NCBI GenBank assembly: GCA_036393165.1
Contig: DASVWO010000297.1
Location: forward strand, 510 to 64,509
Source: Polyangiaceae bacterium
GTDB taxonomy: Bacteria; Myxococcota_A; Polyangia; Polyangiales; Polyangiaceae
Direction: 5' to 3'
Length of the DNA: 64,000 nt
The translations under genes and the position numbers were made by a program. The number at the start of each line of letters is the position of its first letter. The first letter of the stretch is position 1. Positions 50,106-58,602 of the stretch are shown in pieces. The notes below the pieces were generated by a model, which did not search any database, was not told where the DNA came from, and was given only the letters and a program-made list of their open reading frames with translations.

Positions 50106-50852
50106 TCAGGATCCGGACGACGGCCGACCACGCGTCATCTCGCCGATGAGAACCCCCGCGGCGACCGCGACGTTGAGCGATTCGACGGCCCCACTTCCGC
50201 GGATCGAGACGACGGCATCGCACTGCGCCCGGATCCGCTCCCCGAGCCCCTCCACCTCGTTGCCCAGCACGAGCACCGTCGGCCTCTGGAACGCGTAACC
50301 GGCGACGTTCGTCGGTGAGTGCCCGTCGGCGCCGACGACGCGCACACCGCGCGCGCGAAGGCGCGAGAGCGTGTCCGCGAGATCCGTCGTGCGCGCGAGC
50401 CCCACGTGCTCGGCACCGCCCTCGGCCACGCGCACGGCGACGGGAGCGAGCCCCGGATGCGGCGCCGGTGCGCCGAGCAGGCACGCGTCGACGCCGAAGA
50501 AGGCGGCGCTCCGCAGGATCGCGCCCACGTTGTACGGGTTGCGCACGCGGTCGAGGGCGAGGCACGTGCCGCGATCGCGCAGGAGCCGCTCGGCCAGGTC
50601 CGCCGCCGGCAGCCAGCGCCTCGGACGCGTGGCCACGAGCAGCCCCTCGTGGTGCTTCGACTGGGCGATGCGATCGAGCTCCCCCTCGCTCGCCTCCTGG
50701 CACGGGATGCGCCTCGACGCGGCCCACTTCGCGAGCGACGTCACCTCGCGGCGCACGGCCCGCGAGTAGGCGACCCGCAGGATGTCGTCGGGTCGCTTGC
50801 GGAAGACGGCGAGCCCCGCGTGGAGCCCCTGCACGACCTCGCTCTCGTTCAC
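50106..50852 (-). CDS. TrmH/SpoU-family RNA 2'-O-methyltransferase
   Basis: Last ~248 codons of ORF 50106..51659. LDRVRNPYNVGAILRSAAFFG, VLVLGNEVEGL and SIRGSGAVESLNVAVAAGVLI. GTG start overlaps the stop of the upstream Cys-rich gene (GTGA at 50849-50852). Confidence 0.8.
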   Translation of the reverse strand: MNESEVVQGLHAGLAVFRKRPDDILRVAYSRAVRREVTSLAKWAASRRIPCQEASEGELDRIAQSKHHEGLLVATRPRRWLPAADLAERLLRDRGTCLALDRVRNPYNVGAILRSAAFFGVDACLLGAPAPHPGLAPVAVRVAEGGAEHVGLARTTDLADTLSRLRARGVRVVGADGHSPTNVAGYAFQRPTVLVLGNEVEGLGERIRAQCDAVVSIRGSGAVESLNVAVAAGVLIGEMTRGRPSSGS

Positions 50853-52024
50853 ATGCACTGGTTCTGGCCGTTGCACGTCGTTCCGCCGTTGCACACGCCG
50901 CCGGCGCAGCAGATCTGGCCGCTCGCGCCGCAAGCGGTGCACGTTCCCGCCGTCGGCTTGCAGGCATAGCCCACGCTGCACCAGTAGCCGCCCGGGTTGT
51001 TGGCGAGGCAGCACGGCTCGTTGGGTCCGCCGCAGCCGGCGCACGTGTTGTTCTGGCACGAGGTGAAGGGCGCGGTGCACTCGACGTTGTTTCCGCAGCA
51101 CGGCTCGCCCGGACCGCCGCAGGTGCCGCCGCCGCACGCGCCGTTCTTGCACGCGCCCGTGCCGCCGCCGCACATGGCTCCGTTGCCGACGCAGGTGCGC
51201 GTCGATCGGTCGCAGCAGCCCCCGCCGTTGCAGGAGGATCCATCGCAGCACGGCTGCCCGGGGCCGCCGCACGCCGCGCACTTGTCCTGGCTGTTGCAGG
51301 CATCCCCGGATGCGACGCAGAAGTTGCCGCTCCAGGAGTTGCCGTTCATCGCGCCCACGCAGCACGCCTGGCCGTCCGACCCACAGCCGGAGCACGTGCT
51401 GTTGTTGCACATCCCGAGCTGCATCGAGCCGCAGCTTCCGCCGGAATTGGCGCACACCCCGTCGACGCAGCACCGCTTGCCGGTGCAGGAGTCGATCGCG
51501 CAGCACGGTTGCGCCGGGCCGCCGCAGGTGGCGAGCGTCCCGTCGACGCAGACCGTCGTTCCCGTGCCCTCGCCACGCGCGAGGCAGGTCCCACCGCTGC
51601 AGCAGCCGCCTCCCGTGCACGCCGTGCCGTTGCAGCATGCCTCGCCGGGCTGTCCGCACGGACTGCCTCCCGAGGAAGAGCCGCTGCTGCTGCCGGCGCC
51701 GCTGCTGCTCCCACTGCTGCTGCCGGCGCCGCTGCTGCTCCCGCTGCCGCTGCTGCTGCCGCTGCTGCTCGCGCTACCGCTGCTGCTCCCGCTGCCGCTG
51801 CTGCTGCCGCTGCTGCTCGCGCTGCCGCTGCTGCTGCTCCCGCTGCCGCTGCTGCTGCCCGAGCTGCTGGACGACCCGTCTCCCCCCGAGTCGCCGCCGG
51901 TGGACGCGTCCTCGGTGGATCCGCCGCCCTGGTACTTGTCGAAGTTCAGCCCGCAGGCGCTGAAGAGGGCAGCAGCCGCGATCGCCGCGACGACCCCCGG
52001 GCGCAGGAGAGCCATTGGATTCAT
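50849..52024 (-). CDS. lipoprotein with ~90-aa Ser/Gly linker and an extremely Cys-rich repeat domain (7 x CG-x3-(Q/E)-x-CC modules, 52 Cys)
   Basis: ORF 391 aa. MNPMALLRPGVVAAIAAAALFSAC lipobox. Modules CGQPGEACC, CGGPAQPCC, CGSDGQACC, CGGPGQPCC, CGGPGEPCC, CGGPNEPCC, CGASGQICC. Confidence 0.75.
   Translation of the reverse strand: MNPMALLRPGVVAAIAAAALFSACGLNFDKYQGGGSTEDASTGGDSGGDGSSSSSGSSSGSGSSSSGSASSSGSSSGSGSSSGSASSSGSSSGSGSSSGAGSSSGSSSGAGSSSGSSSGGSPCGQPGEACCNGTACTGGGCCSGGTCLARGEGTGTTVCVDGTLATCGGPAQPCCAIDSCTGKRCCVDGVCANSGGSCGSMQLGMCNNSTCSGCGSDGQACCVGAMNGNSWSGNFCVASGDACNSQDKCAACGGPGQPCCDGSSCNGGGCCDRSTRTCVGNGAMCGGGTGACKNGACGGGTCGGPGEPCCGNNVECTAPFTSCQNNTCAGCGGPNEPCCLANNPGGYWCSVGYACKPTAGTCTACGASGQICCAGGVCNGGTTCNGQNQCM
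51660..51930. repeat. imperfect tandem GCTGCTGCC/GCCGCT-type repeats encoding the Ser/Gly linker
   Basis: Near-identical 30-50 bp blocks are visible in the sequence. Similar low-complexity tracts at about 1015-1290 and 59463-59790. Confidence 0.7.
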
Positions 52025-52036
52025 TCTACCCCATTC

Positions 52037-52822
52037 TCAGCCGCCCGCGCTCGTGTAGCGGCCGATGGATCGCAGCCACACGGTGCGAGAAAGGCCGAGG
52101 GCCAGGGCAGCGCCGGCGATGGAGGCCGCGAGCGTGCCCGGCCGCAGCCAGCCGAGGAGCGCCTCGGCGGGGTACGTCGTCATGAGCGCCAGCGGGATGA
52201 TGAACGTGAAGAGCGCGCGGACGACGCCGCGGAAGACGCCGATGGGCCAGCGCGCCGCGTCGAACACCGCGATGAAGAGCTGCGTCAGGTTGTCGATGCG
52301 CACGAAGTAGAAGGCGGCGCACACCGTCACGATCCACACGGAGTAGAGGACCACGACGGCGACGAGCATCGCGACCGTCGCCATCGCGACGTCGGTGGCC
52401 GACGGGGAGCGCCCGATGAGGTGGAACCCCCACGCGAAGACCGCGATCGACGAGACCACGTTGACCGCGCGCCACGGCTGGAAGCGCGTCGTCGACACGA
52501 GGAACTGCGCGTCGGCCGGCTTGATGAGCACGAAGTCGAGGGTGCCCTTGCGAATGTGCTCCACGACGGCGACGAGGCTCGGGTTGATGGCGCCCTCGAG
52601 CACGCCCTGGAGGAACGTGAACCAGCCCATCACCATGAGCGAGTCGCCGAAGCTCCAGCCGGCCACCGAGGGGCGCAGCTTGTAGACGACGTAGAGGGGC
52701 ACGATGGCCGTGGCCATCCAGAAGACTTCGATGAAGCCGTCGAGCAAGAAATCGGCGCGGTACTGCATCGCCAGCACGAGCGAGATGCGGAGCTGCACGA
52801 CGAGGAGGCGCAGGTATCTCAT
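52037..52822 (-). CDS. ABC-2 family transporter permease
   Basis: ORF 261 aa, about 6 TM. QYRADFLLDGFIEVFW...TLDFVLIKPADAQFLV is typical of the uncharacterised ABC-2 permease pair. Confidence 0.75.
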   Translation of the reverse strand: MRYLRLLVVQLRISLVLAMQYRADFLLDGFIEVFWMATAIVPLYVVYKLRPSVAGWSFGDSLMVMGWFTFLQGVLEGAINPSLVAVVEHIRKGTLDFVLIKPADAQFLVSTTRFQPWRAVNVVSSIAVFAWGFHLIGRSPSATDVAMATVAMLVAVVVLYSVWIVTVCAAFYFVRIDNLTQLFIAVFDAARWPIGVFRGVVRALFTFIIPLALMTTYPAEALLGWLRPGTLAASIAGAALALGLSRTVWLRSIGRYTSAGG

Positions 52823-52834
52823 CGAGGCGCGCCC

Positions 52835-53641
52835 TCACCCTCCGTAGGCGGCGAACTGCCGCAGCCCGCGCCGCCACGCCAGGTACGTCGCACCGAGGCC
52901 GAGGACGACCCAGCCCCACTGGCGCGCGAGGAGCTGGAGGATCTCGGCGTACGACGTGTGCACCCCGGTCATGATCTCCACGGGCAGCCCGATCTGGTAG
53001 CGGAAGGGCAGCCAGTCGACGATGGCGCGCAGGCGCCCGGGGAAGAGCTCGATGGGAATGAGGTAGCCGCTCAGGACGAAGAAGAAGACGAGCCACGCGT
53101 CCATGAGCTTCATGCTGCTCTCCATGAAGAAGGCGAAGCAGCCGATGACGAGGTTCACCGAGAGGGTGATGAGCCACGCTCCGAGGATCGACACCGCCCA
53201 GAGCGCCCAGGCCCCCGGATCGTGCGTGACGGCGTCGCGGCCGACGACGGCGAGGGCCACGATGGCGAAGGGCACCGAGACGAGCGCGCGGAACGGCATG
53301 CTCGCGAGGCTCTCGGCAGCGTAGGCCCAGAGCGGGTGCACGGGCCGGAGCATCCGCATGGCCAGCGTGCCGTTTCTCACCTCGAAGTTCATCTCGTAGA
53401 ACGCCCAGGAGCTCGCGAGCTGGCGCACGATGAACGTCGCGAGGAAGTAGGCGACGAACTGCGCCTGCCCGTAGCGGCCGATGGGCTGGTTCTGCGCGAC
53501 CGCCGTCCAGAGCGCGAGCATCACGAGGGGCATCGTCGTGGCGAGGATCCACACGATCATCTCGGCGCGGTACGCGACGGCGTCGGCGAAGCCGGTGCGC
53601 AGCAGCGTCGGGAACGCGCGAACCGTGGCCCGGACGCTCAT
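52835..53641 (-). CDS. ABC-2 family transporter permease (second subunit)
   Basis: Inner ATG of ORF 52835..54127 overlaps the ATPase stop (ATGA at 53638-53641). AVAYRAEMIVWILATTMPLVML..., about 6 TM. Confidence 0.75.
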   Translation of the reverse strand: MSVRATVRAFPTLLRTGFADAVAYRAEMIVWILATTMPLVMLALWTAVAQNQPIGRYGQAQFVAYFLATFIVRQLASSWAFYEMNFEVRNGTLAMRMLRPVHPLWAYAAESLASMPFRALVSVPFAIVALAVVGRDAVTHDPGAWALWAVSILGAWLITLSVNLVIGCFAFFMESSMKLMDAWLVFFFVLSGYLIPIELFPGRLRAIVDWLPFRYQIGLPVEIMTGVHTSYAEILQLLARQWGWVVLGLGATYLAWRRGLRQFAAYGG

Positions 53642-54657
53642 GCGTGATGCCTCGCGAAGAGCTCGCTCATCACTTCCTCGAGCGGCGGGTTCTCGACGGT
53701 CAAGTCGCTCACCGGGAGCTGCGCCAGCGCCTGGGTGACGACGCGGTTGACCGCGTCCTTGTGCACGTCGAGCACGCTCTCGCCGGCGCCGTGCCGCACC
53801 ACCGTGCCGAAGGACGCGAGGTCGGCGCGTTCGACGGGGCGGGAGAAGCGGAAGACGATGCGCTTGTCGGGCCGGATGCGGGCGACGAGCTGCTCGAGGG
53901 GGCCGTCGTACACGAGCAGGCCCTTGTCGATGACGATGACGCGCGGGCAGAGCCGCTGCACGTCCTCCATGTAGTGGCTCGTGAGGAGGATCGTCGCGCC
54001 GTAGCGGGCGTTGTATCCCTCGACGAAGTCGCGCACCGTCGCCTGCATCGACACGTCGAGGCCGATGGTGGGCTCGTCGAGGAAGAGCACCTTGGGCCTG
54101 TGCACGAGTGCCGCCGCGAGCTCGCACTTCATGCGCTCGCCGAGCGAGAGCGTGCGCGTCGGCTTCTTGACGAGATCCCCGAGCTGGAGAAGCTCCTCGA
54201 GCTCGCGCATCGTCTCCTGGAACTGGGCCCGCGGCACGTCGTAGACGGCGCGATTGAGCTCGAAGGTGTCGCTCGGCGGCAGGTCCCAGAGCAGCTGCTG
54301 CTTCTGACCGAGGACGAGCATGATCTTCTTGAGGAACGCGTCCTCGCGGCGGAGCGGCTCGTGACCGTCGACCGACACTTCGCCCGACGTCGGGTGCAGC
54401 AGGCCCGAGAGCACCTTGAGCGTCGTCGTCTTGCCGGCGCCGTTGGGACCGAGGAACCCGACGCGCTCGCCGGCGGCGATGTCGAAGTCGATGCCGTCCA
54501 CCGCAGCGACCGTCTTGTACGTGCGGCGGAAGACCGAGCGGAGCGCGGCAGCGACGCCCGGGGCGCGCTCGTGCACCTGGTAGTGCTTGCGCAGCGCCCT
54601 GACGTGGATCACTCCGGCGTGTTTACTCGCTTTGCGCGGCAAAGGCAGCTGGAGCAT
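53638..54657 (-). CDS. ABC transporter ATP-binding protein
   Basis: ORF 339 aa. Walker A GPNGAGKTTT. Signature LSLGERMK. Walker B VLFLDEPT. Confidence 0.9.
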   Translation of the reverse strand: MLQLPLPRKASKHAGVIHVRALRKHYQVHERAPGVAAALRSVFRRTYKTVAAVDGIDFDIAAGERVGFLGPNGAGKTTTLKVLSGLLHPTSGEVSVDGHEPLRREDAFLKKIMLVLGQKQQLLWDLPPSDTFELNRAVYDVPRAQFQETMRELEELLQLGDLVKKPTRTLSLGERMKCELAAALVHRPKVLFLDEPTIGLDVSMQATVRDFVEGYNARYGATILLTSHYMEDVQRLCPRVIVIDKGLLVYDGPLEQLVARIRPDKRIVFRFSRPVERADLASFGTVVRHGAGESVLDVHKDAVNRVVTQALAQLPVSDLTVENPPLEEVMSELFARHHA

Positions 54658-54668
54658 GCTCGTCTCGC

Positions 54669-55841
54669 ATGCTTCGCTTTTCTAGGATCGGACTTGTCTT
54701 GCCGTTTCTCGCCGCCTGCGGCGGGGCCGTCACGAGCCCCGGGGGATCGCCTCCAGAGGCCGACGCTGGAGGAGGCGGCGTGCACCCGCTGACGTGCACG
54801 AAGCTCGTCGTCGGAGGGCCGGTGCAGCAGGTCTCTCAGGCGCCGCCGCCCAACGTGATCCTCACTTCGGTTGCGACCGGGCCGAACGGCGTGCTCGTGG
54901 GGATGTACGGCGTGGAGCGGGACCCGCCGGGGACGTTGTTGGTGCGCGACGTGGGGTTCGACGGAGCGCCCGTGGGCGAACAGGGAATCCCAGGCCTCGC
55001 GTGGGAAGGCCGCCTCGACGAAGGCTTCGGACACGCGGGCGTGGCGGGAGGTACTCCCTGCTCCTTTCGGGCGCTCGATGCCAGCGGTGCTCCGCCGACC
55101 GGCGCGAGCGTGCCCATTACCAGCTACGGCTGCAGCCTGGTGCGCGCGACGTCGTCGGGGTTCTCGATCGTGACGACGGGCGATCCGGCGGGCCCGTCGC
55201 TCGTGGCGACGGATGCGGCGGGCAAGACGCTCGCGAGCGTTGCCCTATCGACGGGCGGCGTGCCCACCGCGTGGACGGCGCTGCCCGACGGGTCGCTCTT
55301 CCTCGCCTCGGTATCCCCCGCGCTCGACAACTGCCTTTGCCCGACCCAGTTCTACGTGCAGCACTACGATGCGGCGGGTCACTCGCTGGCTCCCCAGCAG
55401 CAGGGAGGCATCACGTGGCCCTCCACGAGCATCGGGGTCGCTGCGATGGGAGCCGGCAAGGTCCTCGTGGCGAGCACGCCGGTGCGTGGTGCGCAGCTCG
55501 GCGTGCAGGCCTTCGATGCCGACGGCGACGCGATCGGGCCCGTGAACGCGATCGTGGCGGCGGATGCCGGAGGACCGATCGGTGCCCGCAACGTGGACCT
55601 CGCGGCGATCGACGAGAACGTCGCGATCGCCGCGTGGGTCGAGACGACAGGGACCAACGAGTCTCACGTCGTCGGGCAGGCCCTCTCGAGCACGGGCGCG
55701 CCGCTGTCGCCTCCCGTCACCGTGGCGACCGCACTCGGATTGCACCTGCACGTCGTGGCGACGCCGACGGGCGCGCTGGTGGTGTGGGATCAGCAGGGAG
55801 GCGCCCCCGTGAGCGCGGCCCCGCTGCGGTGCGCCGACTGA
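54669..55841 (+). CDS. hypothetical lipoprotein
   Basis: ORF 390 aa. MLRFSRIGLVLPFLAACGG lipobox. Coding-like composition. No family recognised. Confidence 0.65.
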   Translation: MLRFSRIGLVLPFLAACGGAVTSPGGSPPEADAGGGGVHPLTCTKLVVGGPVQQVSQAPPPNVILTSVATGPNGVLVGMYGVERDPPGTLLVRDVGFDGAPVGEQGIPGLAWEGRLDEGFGHAGVAGGTPCSFRALDASGAPPTGASVPITSYGCSLVRATSSGFSIVTTGDPAGPSLVATDAAGKTLASVALSTGGVPTAWTALPDGSLFLASVSPALDNCLCPTQFYVQHYDAAGHSLAPQQQGGITWPSTSIGVAAMGAGKVLVASTPVRGAQLGVQAFDADGDAIGPVNAIVAADAGGPIGARNVDLAAIDENVAIAAWVETTGTNESHVVGQALSSTGAPLSPPVTVATALGLHLHVVATPTGALVVWDQQGGAPVSAAPLRCAD

Positions 55842-55847
55842 ACCCTC

Positions 55848-57401
55848 TCAGTCGAGGACCCCTTCCCTCACCCACTCCCCGAACCTCTCCCCCATCATGA
55901 GCGCCGTCAGGTTCGTGTGCGCGCTCGGGATGGTGGGCCAGAGGCTCGCGTCGGCGACGACGAGCCCCTCGACGTGTCGCACCCGGCCGCGTCCATCCGT
56001 CGCCACCTCGGCGTCGCTCGCGTCGCCGGCGCCCATCGGCACCGTGCTGCACGGGTGGTAGCTCGAGTCGCAGAGGCGCGTGACCCACGTCTCGACCCCA
56101 CCCGGGCGATCGATCTCGGCGGGCCTCGGCCAGAAGAAACGGGCGAGCGCGCGCATGGGCGGCGTGCGCGCGAGCTCCCTGGCGAGCGTCATGGCCTCCA
56201 CGGCGCGCTTGCGGTCGCGATCGTCCACGAAGAGGTTCGACTCGATGCGCGGTCGGACGCGCGGGTTCGCCGAGGGGAACGTGATGGATCCGGTCCCGTA
56301 CGACTTGCCGACGCTCGCCATGATGCTCACGAGCGGCAGGGCCCCGTACGGGTGCGGCACGACCGACCCGACCTGCATGAACATGTCGTTCCTCGGCCCG
56401 AGGCTCGACGTGTAGCGGAGCACCGTCTGGATGAAGGGCCGCCCGTTCGTGCGGTGCGGCTCGTGCGGGCGAAGGAAGATGGCGCACCCGGGGTGGTCGA
56501 GGAGCCTCGCGCCCACCGAGGGCAGATCGACGACGAGGTCCACGCCGAGCCGCTCCACGACGCGCCGTGGCCCGATGCCCGATCGCAAGAGGATGCCCGG
56601 CGTGGACGTCGCCCCGGCGCAGAGGATCACGCGGCGCGACGCGATGGTGTGCACGCGGCCGTGCGTCTCCACCTCCACCCCGACGACCCGCCGGTCGCGA
56701 AGCAGCACGCGGCGCACGAGCGTGTCCGGACGGATCCTCAGCCCCCGTCGCGCGCGCACCTCCGTCACGAGGTAGCAGCGCGCGGCGCTCATGCGCACAC
56801 CATTCACGAGGTTCATCGCGTGCGGTCCGACGCCCGTCGTCGTCGGATCGTTCGAGTCGGCGCACGGCTCGTAGCCTCGCGACGTGCAGGCATCGACGAA
56901 CGCGCGCTGCCAGGGAGCGAGCTCCTCCGGCCTGTGCCTCCGGATCGGGATGGGCCCCTCCTGCGAGTGCCACCCGCTCTTCACGTCGAGATCGTTCTCG
57001 AGCCGTTTGAACGCGGGCAGAACTTTCTCCCATGCCCACTCGCGCAGACCGAGCGACGCCCACTCGTCGTAGTCGTGCGGCTGCCCGCGCAGAGCGATGC
57101 ACGTGTTGACCGCCGACGAGCCGCCGACGACGCGACCTCGCGGAAACCAGAAGAGAAGCCGCGACTCTGGACGCGGGCGATGAAGTTGTCCCCAGTCGTG
57201 CCGGCGCATCGAGTTGCGCGTGCCGTCGCGCAGATCGTCGGGGATTCCCTGTGGGTCCGGGTAGTCAGGCCCCGCCTCGAGCAGCAGCACGTCGCGCCGA
57301 TCCCCCTCGGTCGCGCGAGCCGCGAGGACGGCTCCCGACGAGCCGGCGCCGACGACGATCGTGTCCGCGTTCACGGTTCGAGATGCTAGTGTGCCCGGCA
57401 T
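55848..57401 (-). CDS. GMC-family FAD-dependent oxidoreductase
   Basis: Inner ATG of ORF 55848..57533. DTIVVGAGSSGAVLAARA (FAD fold). GGSSAVNTCIALRG. C-terminal YHPCSTVPMG. Confidence 0.88.
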   Translation of the reverse strand: MPGTLASRTVNADTIVVGAGSSGAVLAARATEGDRRDVLLLEAGPDYPDPQGIPDDLRDGTRNSMRRHDWGQLHRPRPESRLLFWFPRGRVVGGSSAVNTCIALRGQPHDYDEWASLGLREWAWEKVLPAFKRLENDLDVKSGWHSQEGPIPIRRHRPEELAPWQRAFVDACTSRGYEPCADSNDPTTTGVGPHAMNLVNGVRMSAARCYLVTEVRARRGLRIRPDTLVRRVLLRDRRVVGVEVETHGRVHTIASRRVILCAGATSTPGILLRSGIGPRRVVERLGVDLVVDLPSVGARLLDHPGCAIFLRPHEPHRTNGRPFIQTVLRYTSSLGPRNDMFMQVGSVVPHPYGALPLVSIMASVGKSYGTGSITFPSANPRVRPRIESNLFVDDRDRKRAVEAMTLARELARTPPMRALARFFWPRPAEIDRPGGVETWVTRLCDSSYHPCSTVPMGAGDASDAEVATDGRGRVRHVEGLVVADASLWPTIPSAHTNLTALMMGERFGEWVREGVLD

Positions 57402-57588
57402 GTCCACGCGACGTTCGCGCGCACCTCGGTCACGCAAGTCCCGCAACTCCGACGTCCCGCAGACCGACGTGGCGGCCACCACGCCCGCGACCGATTCCAT
57501 CGCGCAGCTCGTGGCCGAGCAGGTGGACCCCACGCAGACGGGCCAGCTGCGCGCCCTCGAAGCCGGCTGGGACGAGCTGCTTTCCTAG
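57400..57588 (+). CDS. small hypothetical protein (62 aa), basic N-terminus and acidic C-terminus
   Basis: Inner ATG of ORF 57361..57588. MSTRRSRAPRSRKSRNS...SIAQLVAEQVDPTQTGQLRALEAGWDELLS. GC3 is very high in the second half. Its ATG shares the CATG tetranucleotide with the divergent GMC start codon. Confidence 0.45.
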   Translation: MSTRRSRAPRSRKSRNSDVPQTDVAATTPATDSIAQLVAEQVDPTQTGQLRALEAGWDELLS

Positions 57589-57590
57589 TC

Positions 57591-58586
57591 CTACGGCGCG
57601 GCGTGCGCCGAGTCCCATAGGCGCTTGCAGAAGCCCGCGTCGAACACGGGCCCGCAGAGCTGCTTGGCGACGTTCTCGAAGACGGGCTTCCACTGCGCCT
57701 TCTCGGCGTCGGTGGACTCGTAGGCGATCTTGCTCGCCTTCATGCGGGCGAACGCCTGCGCGTCGAGGTTGCGGATGGTGCGGCCGAGGCGCTCGTTGAC
57801 CTCGCGCCCGCGCTCGAGGAACGACGTGCGCTGCGCCTCGGTGAGGGAGCGAAGGCGCGGGCTCGACATGATGAACGCGCCGATGCCGAACGCGGTGGTC
57901 GTCGTGTTGATGTGCGTGATGCGCGACGCCCACTGGAGCTGCTCGGCGACGAGCGGCGGCACGGTCATCACGTTCACGTCCGCTCCGAGGTGCGGGAGGA
58001 TCTCGGCGACGCCGAGCTGGCGCGGCGTGAGCCCCCCGACGGTCGCGAAGACCGCCGGTGAGATGGGGTCGCCGGGCAGCGTGAACACGCCCTTGCCCTG
58101 AAGGTCGTGCGGGGTGCGCACCTCGAAGCCGATCGACATGGTCTTGGCGGCGCCGACGTCCCCCCAGCCGAGCACCGTGAAGCCCTTGGCCTCGAAGTCC
58201 CGCGCGAGATCGTCCTTCACCAGCTCGCGGGCGCGATCGAGCTGCGCCCAGTTCGAGAAGAGGCCGGGGAGCTGGAACGCGAGGACGTTCATGACCCCGG
58301 TCTGCGCCAGGCCGTTCGCCGTCACGGCGGCGGCATCGAGCTGCCCCGAGCGGATCTTCTCCACCATGAGCTTCTCGTCGCCCGCCTGCCCGTTCCACGC
58401 GAAGTCGAGCGTCACGTCGCCGTTCGTCTCTGCGGCGACGGCGGCTGCCCACTTCTTCAGCTCCTTCCCCCACGAGGAGTCGCCGGGGGCGAGGGTCCCG
58501 ATCTTGAGCGTCACCGCGGCATCGACATTCGACGACGCGAGGAGGACGGTCAGGGCGGAGAGCAGGACCGCGATGCGAGACGGCAT
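57591..58586 (-). CDS. TRAP-transporter DctP-family solute-binding protein (no DctQM adjacent)
   Basis: ORF 331 aa. Signal MPSRIAVLLSALTVLLASSNVDA. LKIGTLAPGDSSWGKELKKWA...MVEKIRSGQLDAA. Confidence 0.7.
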   Translation of the reverse strand: MPSRIAVLLSALTVLLASSNVDAAVTLKIGTLAPGDSSWGKELKKWAAAVAAETNGDVTLDFAWNGQAGDEKLMVEKIRSGQLDAAAVTANGLAQTGVMNVLAFQLPGLFSNWAQLDRARELVKDDLARDFEAKGFTVLGWGDVGAAKTMSIGFEVRTPHDLQGKGVFTLPGDPISPAVFATVGGLTPRQLGVAEILPHLGADVNVMTVPPLVAEQLQWASRITHINTTTTAFGIGAFIMSSPRLRSLTEAQRTSFLERGREVNERLGRTIRNLDAQAFARMKASKIAYESTDAEKAQWKPVFENVAKQLCGPVFDAGFCKRLWDSAHAAP

Positions 58587-58602
58587 GCGGTCCTATCTAC
58601 CA

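Noticed and set aside
50997-52058. Plus-strand 353-aa Pro/Leu-rich ORF with PLLLP repeats
   Set aside because: It is the mirror image of the minus-strand Cys-rich / Ser-Gly gene, which has a lipobox, operon context and a periodic Cys pattern. The repeats simply reflect the complementary low-complexity DNA.
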